Below are positions 36,286-46,938 of a stretch of DNA of 64,000 nt, in pieces. Under the pieces are notes generated by a model. That model saw only the letters and a list, made by a program, of their open reading frames with translations, was not told where the DNA came from and made no database searches. Location of the stretch: NCBI GenBank assembly GCA_973895155.1, contig OZ316891.1, forward strand, positions 18,260,666 through 18,324,665, written 5' to 3'. The translations under genes were made by a program, and so were the position numbers. This DNA is from Marsupella aquatica (taxonomy: Eukaryota; Plantae; Marchantiophyta). How positions within the stretch are numbered: the stretch's first letter is position 1; each line of letters begins with the position of its first letter.

Positions 36286-38529
36286 CTACATTTCTCGAAA
36301 GCGGATGACCACGCATGCAATGTCATCGTCGCTGAGTCGTCGTCGCGCTTCCAAAACTAAACTTCTAGCAGCCTCGCCAGGATCTGCGATGTCTTTCACT
36401 ATATCTACAGCTTCATCCCTGGAGAACATAGACCAGAGCCCGTTGCTGGCTAGGATGAGGAACTCACAGGACAAATCCACTACAAGATCAGCCATGTCCG
36501 GCTTCGCACTCATGTGATCCTTCAACGACTTGTCTCCAAACGCTCTCGCCAGCGCCAGTTGCCCGTCTACTCTTGGGACATCCCCTGCGATCTCCAACAA
36601 ACATTATCAGTGTAAGAAGATATATACGACATCGAGATTAACCTACACAAACTTCGGAAGCACATATAGGATAATGTCCAATTTGATGTCAACTACGATG
36701 CCATGACAGGGAGCATAAATGAGACGGTAAGTCTCTGAATCACGGGATAATCCCAGATGTTAAGACCCATCACTCTATCGTCTTCCACCATATATTTTCA
36801 TTATGCTTTCAGATTGCCATTCAAGCAGATCGAATTACAATTCTATTTATTCACTTACTCACACATCGATCTTTCCTCAAGCGAAAAGTTAAACTCGGCG
36901 GCCACTTTTACAGCCTATGGACTAGACTTCTATGATCAATGCATCTGTCTTCTTGGATTCTCACATACTCAAATTTATGCCCAGAAAGACACATGTATCT
37001 CTACTCTTTCATAGAAAAAGCATCGTTACACATCGTCTCGATTTGTCCACGCGTCAGCGGAACTCCATATTCTCAATTCATATATAACACCCCTCCCCCC
37101 AAAAAAAAGACACCGGACAGTGACACATTTGCGTCAGCACAGGCAAACAAATTCAATTTAATTACAAAAACTCCTACCTTCACGCTTTCCAGTCAGTCGT
37201 AAGAGGTGTCCTGATGGGACACGCTCGAAAACTCTCTTGCTTCAAAACAGACGTCCCTTTACGGAAATGAATTGGAGAGAAGGAAAGTTGAGACCCAAAT
37301 ATCAAACAATGTCTCCAGTGATACGGATAGTGAAAACCCAGAATTTAAAAAATCAACTAGCAGAGCAGGAGCTGCGCTGGGCTTTGTACTGATTAATGTA
37401 TGCAATGAACTACGTATGCACGTTTTTGCGGAAGTGCTGCACGCTGTTCTGGATATTTGACATCCAACCCTTGCTTCAATTTTGTCCTTGAAATTCTACA
37501 TGCAACACACTCTTCACTTATTCAAGGGGTATCGACGCAAAGTGCATTCTCCTTCGACCAACCAGCAGCTATAGGTGGGACACAAAGGATCACCAAACCC
37601 CCAGGAAAACTACACCTTTTCAGTACAGAGTGAAATTTTAACTAGAGCTTGTGAGCTGCTAGGGAGCTCAACTACAACTACAACTACATCACTTTGTGAT
37701 CCATGAAAATTGATGAATGCATGTCACCAACCAAAAAAACATTTGTGAGCAACACACACCCAAGATTTAAGCAGCGATATCAGAAGATTACCCTGAAATC
37801 GAATCAAACGAGCGACATAGAGTCTTCACACCCATGCATTGCAGTACCTACTTCAGAGTCAAAAGAGACGAAGAGAAGCCAGGAGGACGGGACAAGAGGG
37901 CGTACTGCACCTGGCATTGTTAGGACAACACCACCTCGGCTCTCCACACGGGCACGCTCCACGGGGCGGCCAGGGTCATGGTCTACAGAGAGCTGCACCG
38001 CAACACCATTCTTACAAAGCACCGCTCTGGAGTCCCCCACATTGGCAACGATGAGCCTGCTCCCATGCTCCAGGATTATCGCCGTCACAGCAGTGCTCCC
38101 TCCTTTTGCAGTCGTCGCAGGCGACTCGAGCAGCTGCCGATCGGTGAGCAGGTACCCATCCCGAATGGCTCCAGCAGGATCGGCCCATACGCCACCCTCC
38201 CCAAGAATGTTATCAAACAGCCTAGCCTGCAGCTCCCGTCCGACCTCAGGACCTCGATGAGAATCGAAAATGGCAAACAATCCCACCTCGTTGCCATCCT
38301 CGGAACCATCTTGGACCTCACAAATCTCTGCGACATGAAAGTCCTCCATCTGGTGGCCCCGAGTGTTCGGTGCCAGCGCGTATCCGAAGAGCACCTGCGG
38401 CTGCAACTGCGTGCTCTCCCCGCTTCCACTAATCCACCCCGTCCCGTTCTCCCATTGCGCTTTCCGCTCCCGTCCGGGACCTAATCCTCCCGGCAGAGCT
38501 TGAGCTCTCATCTGCTGCAGCGCTTCCAT
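36286..38529 (-). CDS. Protein phosphatase 2C-like (clade F-like), 305 aa. Exons 38529-37911 and 36584-36286; catalytic motifs altered
   Basis: HQMEDFHVA, LFAIFDSHRG, GGSTAVTAI, LIVANVGDSRAVLC, QLSVDHDP, G|DVPRVDGQLALARAFGDKSLKDH, FLILASNGLW and DDIACVVIRF. A GT-AG phase-1 intron joins the exons in frame (918 nt). Confidence 0.92.
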
Positions 38530-39739
38530 GCGCACCTCCAGCCCTATTGTGCTAACCTTCTCTACAGAATGTTTAAATCCACCTCAAGTATCCTGAAACT
38601 TAACCTCCAGGGTCTCACCTCCTACGATTTTAAGTTCTACCTTAATTTCACTTCACTCCTGATTTTAAAGACTAACCTCCAAAATGTCCAACCTCCCACA
38701 AATTTTCGTTCCACCTTGATATTCCAATTCAATTCCAAATTTCAAGCTTAGCCTTCAACAGTCTCCAACTCCAGACACTTTTCTTACTATGATACTTCGC
38801 TACAGGGGTAAATTTGAAGCTTAGCCTCAAACTCTTTCAACCACTGCTACTCTTGCTAACGGTATGTGATCATCCTTGTCCGTTTGGGCATTCCACAATG
38901 TTCAATGGCTGTCCATGATAAATATGATCTAATTGCACTGGCCCGTTCTATACGAAACCATGACGAGTTCGAAGGTTCCTGGACCTAACATGTACGAGCG
39001 AGCTAGCCCCCGAGAATCTTGAATGTGCCTGTTCTCAATGTGCAATTCAGCATTGCTCTATACTCCCAAGGAATCTCCTCCACAAACACGTCTCCTCCAA
39101 TCGGACGCCAGAACAATTCGCTCTTGCTTTCGATACAGGTCGGTCGGTAAGCTTACAACAAGACGTCCGCCTTTAATTCCACCGATGCTTTGGTAGCCGG
39201 GAACCGACCAATTGCATCACTGGAGCCGATCACTTTACGATTAATCGTCAACAAGAAAAAGAAAATGACTGTGTCAACTATCCTCCTCTACCAGCACCGC
39301 AAGGAGATGGGGTTGGCTAACTGAAAGCGCTGTCTTTCCAATTCCAATTGCAGCTCACCTACGTCCGAAGTTTACATCAAACCATCCACCAATCGTCTGT
39401 CCAGTCTAAACCCAATTCATACACTCTGGTGTGTCTGCCTGTCACTAGGGCAGAACTGTCTTGGAAGGCAATGGTAACCCGTCGACTGAAGACGAGCGCA
39501 GCAAAGACCGATTCTGTACCAAAAACCCGCCGAGCACCGGACAATAACTGCAAATGCAGCTCCCAAATCGGACCAAAGCTGAGCCCGCCTGAGCTGAAAG
39601 TGCTCCACTTTCCGCTACGGTTTCCGCGACACGACTCAGGAGCCGCAAAATTGAAAATGCAACCGAGCCTACTTGGCTTCCTCCAGCAGCTGACACGAAT
39701 CGATCAAGCCAGGGCCACAATCACGAGTCTTCTCCATAA

Positions 39740-40525
39740 GTGGCACGTCGTTCTTTTTGCAATTGAAGTATTGAACGCAACCATAGCCAGCTTGGATGCG
39801 CTACGGAGGACCACAGTAGTCTGGCACGGGAGCAGTCTTGGAGAATTCTTGTTGGGTGTCATGAAATTGAGCTCTCAACTCCTCTCTTTCTCGTGTAATT
39901 CTCTCTCTCTCTCTCTCTTTTTTTGTTTGGTTTTTCCAGATTACCGTAATTTTCGTACCGAAGACACCCATTTGTACACGTGGAGCGATGCCCATACCGC
40001 CTCGGAGGATGGGACGTGGCATTGGATAAGCTTCCTGCCATGGGCAAATCAGAGTACGGCGTTTTCCACGTGGCGCCGCAATTTGGCTGGCCCGACTGGC
40101 AGCCAGTAGATTAACCCTGGTCGATGGTGGGTTTGGGGTTAACCTACAGTAGGGTTTAACTGAAGTTGTCTGAGACACTTGTGGGTGCCCAGTCCGATTA
40201 ACCCTGGTTGATTGTGGGTGTGGCGTTAACCTAGGGTTTAACTGAAGTTGTATGGGTACACTTGTGGGTGCCCAGTCAGATTAACACTGGTTGCTTGTGG
40301 GTGTTGGATAAGCTTCCTGCCACGGGCAAATCAGAGTACGGCATTTTCCACGTGGCACCGCAATTTGGCTGACCCTACCGGTAGCCAGTAGACTAACTCT
40401 GGTCGTTTGTGGGTGTGGCGTTAACCTGAGGCTTACCCAAGGCTGTATTAGTCTTGGGGTCGAACCCCGTGAGGGTGAAGGAGGGTGCCTATAAGGCGAA
40501 GCTCCCTCTGTGAGCCACGTGGCAC
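39740..40525. promoter_or_regulatory. Cluster of G-box/ABRE-type ACGT elements upstream of the PP2C-like gene
   Basis: CACGTG(G) at 39977, ACGTGGC at 40014, CACGTGGC at 40067 and 40349, GCCACGTGGC at 40514, CACGTC at 39744. Part of the cluster was multiplied by a local duplication (~40022-40140 / ~40305-40427). Confidence 0.6.
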
Positions 40526-40780
40526 TCCATTTTGAAATGCGCTATGTCCCACGCCTCATGGATCTCATGCTGCGTTTTCTTTACTGCCAAAAATATGGCA
40601 ATTTCCATGTCCCTAAACATTTATAGCCATTTGGCAACAGTTTGTCACGCTTTGTCTTTGATTAGCCTTGTCACTCTAGCCCAGTGACATTACTAAAGTC
40701 TAAAAGTCAGAAATTATTTTGATAAATTAGATAAAGACTATTCTTGGTATTTTGTCCTTCACATGACTTCGGTCGCTTTG

Positions 40781-40920
40781 ATTAAAAAGGAAAAACTCTC
40801 AAAAGTTTACTGTGGTACCTGTGCTGGCTACCACTGTGATACCACTAGTATTAAAAAGGAAAAACTCTCAAAAGTTTACTGTGGTACCTGTGCTGGCTAC
40901 CACTGTGATACCACTAGTAT
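40781..40920. repeat. Perfect 69-bp tandem duplication
   Basis: attaaaaaggaaaaactctc...gataccactagt at 40781-40849 and 40850-40918. Confidence 0.95.
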
Positions 40921-41168
40921 CGCATTTTTTCCCGTGAGGAAAATATAATTATTAACCAAAAATAAGAGGGGAGGGGGGATCAGAATGCTTTAATGAAAAC
41001 CATCTTGATTTTGGGATTTGGTCACCAATATTCTGAGTGAAATTCAGCCTTAGAAGGTAGTTGCTAATGCCTGAAATTATCATTAGTTCCCCTTTGTCCA
41101 CTGAAAAAGTTGCCCATACCGTAGCAGAACTCCCGGTTCACCATTACTTCTTTACAATCCCCCTTCCC

Positions 41169-41455
41169 TGTTAGGATATGCCTCTAGATAACCTATATAT
41201 TTCCATAGAACTTGGTAGACTTCAGTAGACTAGGCTAGCACTAGTTTGAGTTACAATTTTTCATAGACCATGGGAAGGGTGTACCCAAGGGGAACACAAG
41301 CTTGTGCTCACACTTGAATGTTCATTCTCTAGGAGAGAGAAAGAGTGAGGAGGTGAGAGAAGGAGCTCTAGCATGTTAGCTATGGTGTAATGCGTTGAGT
41401 ATTACTGGATTTCTCTCACGGCCGTGGACATAGCCCAGACAAGGTGATCATTAGT
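41169..41455 (+). mobile_element. Degenerate or truncated copia-like LTR fragment
   Basis: Starts TGTTAGGAT like the LTR at 41748 and contains a GA-rich tract and ccgtggac-tagcc...ggtga, as in the right half of that LTR (48403-48440). No clear right end or TSD. Confidence 0.4.
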
Positions 41456-43244
41456 GTCGAAGTCTATGGATGTTGTTCACAAATTTTGATGTTCACTCTC
41501 ATTCAGTCTAGATTTATTCCAAATATTCCCTTGGTCACATCAAAAAGTGTCCCAAGAGGCCGATTATGAATGAAATAGACTCAAGGTGCATATTTAAAAT
41601 CTCCCATACTAGCTCAGCAACAGCAAATTACTCAAAGCGCTCCTTGTAACACCAATAGTGCACTATCAAAAACATGTTTTTGCGATACAATTGCGATACA
41701 TTTGTGAAAATTGAACTTATTTGGGCTTTAGCTTCCCCCTAGCTTTCTGTTAGGATTTATTTTTAGATCTAGAGTTACGACTGTACCATAGTTAAGGCTA
41801 ACCTTAGTCGCAAACTTGGTTAGGTTAGTCATGTTATGCACACTCTATAATTAAGCGGTGTTTGCTTGGAGAGTGGGAACTCAAGCTCATTGTTGTGACG
41901 GGGCCAATGGTCCCAAAGAATGATTTTAAAGGGTAGTAGTGACGCACACATGTAAATAAATAGATTTGTGTCAAGTTTTTGTTCTCTTACAACCTCGCCA
42001 AAAGATAGTTTACGTACAATAAGATGAGGTGAGTATTGATGGTTTTTATGTCCTCTTAATTTTAGTTTTTGGCCAAGCCTCAGAGTTAGGGGGTTGGCCG
42101 CTGGCCGGTCCGGGCCAAGGCATGTGCCCTATTGCCATTCCATGTTGGAGCCGGGGGATTATCTAGCTTTACATTTTTTATCACCAGCCCTAGTATTTAC
42201 GTATGGGGGCCGGTCGAAGAAGTTAGTGGCCAAGCGTCGCATGAGGTGCCCCGGCCAGCAACACGGACCCCAACACAATTAGCCCCGGCCAAAAGAAGCT
42301 GGCCATAGCAAGCAGGAGGCCCGGGAGAGGGAGCCGGCCAGGAAGAGCAGAGGGAGCCGACCAAGGGGAGGCCCGGCCTTAGCTTGTAGGGGTACAAAGG
42401 GGGGATTAAATTCCCCTTTCAAAAGGAGTTGGCCAGGGGCAGGAAAGAAGGCCCGGGAGAGGGAGCCGGCCAGGAGGAGCATAAGTGGAGCCGGCCCGGG
42501 AAGGAGCGAGCAAGAAGGCGCAAAGTGGAGCCGGCCAAGGGGAGGCCCGGACTTAGGAGGGGGCACAATGGGGATTAAATCCCCCTTCCAAGGGGGGGCC
42601 GCGGCCATAGGGGCGCGAGCCAGAGGGAGCCGGCCAGGAGGCTTCGCGAACCTGAGCAGATGCGTAAGGAGGTAGGGGGATTAAAATCCCCCCAAACCTG
42701 GTGGAGAAGGTCCGAGGGGGAGGGGGGCAGTTAAGGTCCTTGGATCCCAGGGGATCCCCCAAATTTGGGGCTGAGCAGGTACGCAGGGCAGGAAGGGAGG
42801 CCTCAGCCATTAGGAGCGAAACTAGGGGGAGGAGCGGCCTACATAAGTGCTCCTGTCCAACTCTTTTTTCTCAGTTTTTTTTGCGCTCCTCACTCATTGC
42901 CGAACCTCATTTTTTCTCCTCATCAACCTTCCTCTTGGTGCCATGTTCTACCTCTATTTTCCTTGAGTGATTCTGAGAGTGGCCATGGAGTGAGCTGGAG
43001 TGGGGATTGACAAGGACTTGGAGAGGGAACCTGATTTATTTTATCGTGGTTGGGTACGGGGCCGCACGAGGCCAAGCTCTGGGAATTGAGGAACGGGAAT
43101 TGGTCATCGGTTGTGCTCTTGAGGGGGAGTGGAGTGGATGAGATCTCAAGACAGACTTGAGTTCACCAACGCTCGCATTAGGAGGTACAAGGCGGCCTAC
43201 CGGGAGTACTAGAAGAAGAAGAGAAATTGGCAACCAGGGCCACA

Positions 43245-46200
43245 ATGTCAGGGACCAGTGAAGCACCCATGTCACGAAGGACTCAACGACGTTCATACCC
43301 CAAGACATTGGCCAAGCTTCTGGACGATAGCCGTGAATTGTTTGAATCCACCGGGATTATCAATTTAATGCGAGTGGACATGCGTGCCCCAGTGGATAGG
43401 CATTGGAAGATTGAGGATGGGATGGACTTACGGGATGATGGATTGTACTTTGCATGCATCAAGCGCACCCTCCCTCATGACGAATTGACTCGGTTGCTGA
43501 TGTTGCACAACCAAGACCTGACATTCTACCCCATGGAGCCACCAAGGACACTCACATTGGAAGAGCTGGCCATGTACGTGAAGGAGGCTACCTCTGTGGT
43601 ACACATTTCCCTTGCATCCTTCAAGGACCCAGCGCTTAGGGGTTTTGTTGGAAAGGTCCATCAACGGATACTCAGCCGAGTGCAATCAGGTATAATTACA
43701 GGGGAACACTTGGCCATTGCATTGGACATCAAGCAGCACCCGGAGCACACGTACGGATGGTGGGTGTTTGGTTTGAGGAAAACGCTGACCGCAGATCCCA
43801 AAGGCCACAAGCCTGGAGGAATCATCCATTTTCTTGGGTCATTTCTCTTGAACAGGATGGAGGGGCTCATCTCAGTGCCCGAACCAGAGGAAGGAGTATT
43901 GCCCTCCTTCCCCACCGTCTTACGAAAGATTGCCACCACTGTCGTACAGAATTTGACCACGGATCCCACCAAGGAACTGGCCACTGAGCCCGTGGTGGAG
44001 GGGGCACCGGATGAAGAGGAGGATATGGATGAAGAGTTTACCATGCAGTGGTTGGAGTCCTTGATTGGTAATCCCGAGGAGCCCATTGTGTATGACATTC
44101 CAGAGGTATACTTGGCGGAATTGCAAGAGTACCGTGATGCTATTAACGAGGGCTGGCAATTGTGCAAAGCCATGAAGTGGGCTCTGAGTAGGGCCAATGC
44201 GAAGGTGGCCACCTTGCAAGTTGGGCACAAGTCGCTGAAGGAGGTTATACTGTCCAAGGAGGAGACTATTCAAGAGAGGAGTAAGTTGTTGAAGCAGGCC
44301 TATGACCAAGTTGGCCACTTGCAAGGAGCCCTGTCCACAAAAGCCAAGGAGGCCGAGGAAGTAGTTGCTTTGAGAAAGGAGCTGGTAATGATGAAGCAAG
44401 CCGAAAAGGGCGTGGATGCCCTCAAAAAGCAGATTTCATAGTTGCGTGGTCAGGTGAGTGCTTATGAGACAAGGGCCAAGAGAGCCGACGCCCTAAGTCT
44501 AGGTGTAGTATTGCACTAAGGACATAAATCAGCATTTAATGCCCAAAACTCGGTATTCGATCCCATGGAAGAACAAGAAAGGAATGATTTTCTATCATTT
44601 AACACTTATGAATGACTAAGGTAACAAAAACACAGGTTTAAGCCTTTTACTATGATTGCTCAGCAAGGCATAGATTTGAATGTTTACTTAACATTGTAAA
44701 TGCAATTAATAAAATGGAAACAAATAACAAAACACAATGAAATCTTGAGGTATGATGAGAGAGTCTGGAAAACACCAAGGTAACTTCTCATCAATACTTC
44801 ATTTGATGTGATTTGGGTGGAATATCCGTAAGAACATTTTTGGAATGGATTACTGTACTAGGTTGATTACTAAAATGCCGTCAACACGTCTCAACTTTTC
44901 CTTCCAAAGGTACTCAGAAGAAACTAGTAATCAATCACTTCGATATCCAGTCGGTACTCTGAGTGACGAATAATAAACACCATCATGATCAAATTGAAGT
45001 CACAGGTAATTGGTGAGTAACAATCTTTACATCCCATGCACAAGCAATGTCACGCCAAAAATTATGCATCAAGAACTCAAGAAGATGGCTTGTCACCACT
45101 TAAGGAATCTATTCCCTCATACTTCTGAGATTCAACTTCATACAAGTAATTTTACTTCAATGATCTAAACTCTCAATCATTCAGACCAAGGAAGGGAGAA
45201 GAATTCCTTTTGCATTTGCAAGCAAAGGTGATTCCAGTGCTGCAGCACATGCCACAGCACTACTTTATTTCTTCACACTTGAAAATGACACAAATTCTAC
45301 TTCATATAGGCTAGCAGGAACCCAAGGAGACTGAGAGACTAAAAGGACGTGCCCTTTCATATCTAAAGGGTCCTGAATAAACTTAATGACGATCATCCTT
45401 GAAAAGTGAATGGACACTGCTGAAAGTGTCAAAAATGCAGGGGACGCTTCTCAAAGCGTCGAGGTTTGAGCGAACGCTTTGCAAAGCGTCGGTGTTTGAG
45501 GTAAAACTAATAAATAGTGATTTTAATCTAATTTTAACTTCTAAACTAAGAGTCGGAATGAGCTGAAACTTTCCTAGAGTACTCTACTACATATAATCTC
45601 TATGCTGGAAAAGTTTCAGAATTTTTTGAGATCTCTAAGTGCCTCAAATAAATCGGTAAAAGTGACGCGGTGTTATAAAAGTGCGAAAACTAAAAATATT
45701 TCTAAGTGTCGGGAAGATAGTGGACGCTTCAGAAAGCGTCCAAACCTACAAAGGACTTTTGTGGACGCTTCAGAAAGCGTCGGCTGAATTTTGAGGTTTT
45801 GGTCGCAACGTCCGTCTTCTGGTCTTCGGGCGGGACGCTTCAGTGGGCGTCACAGTGTCGAGGTCGCCTTCGGGGTAGCGGACACTTCTGAAAGCGTCGA
45901 AACTTGGTGGACGCTTTTCAAAGCGTCGTGGTCTTGGGTGGACGCTTCAGAAAGCGTCCAAAAATACAAGGGACGCTTTTCAAAGCGTTGGCGAAGTCGC
46001 GGCTATGCAAAAAAAATAGCTAAACTAAAATAATTTTAACTTTCAAACCACATTTTGGTTTGAGATGAAACTTTCAGGGATGATTCTTCTATGTAACTAC
46101 TAACTCCTGAAAAAGTATGAGACTTTTCTGACCATGATAGCTATTTAATTAAAATAGCAAAGATCGGTTGATTGTGATAATTGCACACAGAGCTCATTCT

Positions 46201-46938
46201 TGCTGAAGAAGTGTTTTGGAGGCCAGTTCTTGAATCTTCTAGTCTGCATTGCTTCTCCAATGATGTCCAGTCTTCTTTCTTGGTAGCATGTAAAGAGCAA
46301 GGATTTATATTGTCGATCCTTGTCCAATAGAGGCAATAGCCTCCGATGAAGGATAGCATTAGCTAAAGTGTTCAGTTGAGCTAAATTGCTACAAAAGGTA
46401 ACTAGACTACACCTTTGAGTTAGAAAAAGTTCAAAATTTATAAAATTTCCATCATTTCTAACTAATGTACAGCATTACACTAGGGAAGAGGAAGAAGCCC
46501 TGTCCCCCTGGTGTTACTCCCGTTGCTTCGCCAGAGATGTTGGCCAAGGCCATTGATGCAGTGGTCATCGAAGTAACCAAGACTTACGGGCCAATGTTGG
46601 AAGCGGCCAAGAAGGACAAGGAGAAGTGCAAGAGCCTGGAAAGTAAGTTGAAGTCAACCTGCAAAGCACTAAGGAACGCAACGTCTGGCCAGGGAACCAC
46701 TGGTATGCCACCTAGGTCGGTGACCCCAGGGACTCCCATGGCCATGGGCCAAGTCTTGCCACTGGAATTGCGGGGTGATGAGGAGACAACGTTGTGGAAG
46801 GACACCATCACGGATACATCAGGGCTTGGCAAGCTTTGGCGGCATTACGGAAGCAAGGAACCTCGGGCCAAACGTTGGGAAGGGCCACCCCGAGGAAGAG
46901 TAGGGGAGGAGGTGTTGCATCTACCCAGGGGGCAGTGA
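43245..46938 (+). pseudogene. Disrupted retroelement accessory ORF (~570 codons reconstructed from 43245-44503 + 46485-46938)
   Basis: The frame continues through a single TAG (44439-44441) and across the removed insertion: ...KKQIS*LRGQVSAYETRAKRADALSLG|KRKKPCPPG... N-terminal globular region, acidic linker and a long predicted coiled coil. Confidence 0.75.
44504..46479 (-). mobile_element. 1976-bp gypsy-type solo LTR inserted into the ORF above
   Basis: TGTAGTATTGCAC...GTACAGCATTACA termini (imperfect inverted repeat). Perfect 5-bp TSD ctagg (44499-44503 and 46480-46484). Minus orientation inferred from a TATA-like cctatatgaag near 45305 and from strand composition. Confidence 0.85.

Noticed and set aside
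36268-36299. 14-bp direct repeat (ctacatttctcgaa) spanning the PP2C stop codon
   Set aside because: The repeat is real but is most simply a small slippage or repair duplication that leaves the protein unchanged.
39348-40109. 253-aa plus-strand ORF
   Set aside because: TTG start, no domain signal, and it crosses a (TC)n tract and duplicated promoter sequence. More likely the antisense of the PP2C leader and promoter.
45443-45989. CRISPR array
   Set aside because: Repeats are only ~18 bp, spacing is irregular (10 to >200 nt), there are no cas genes, and it lies inside a plant LTR.
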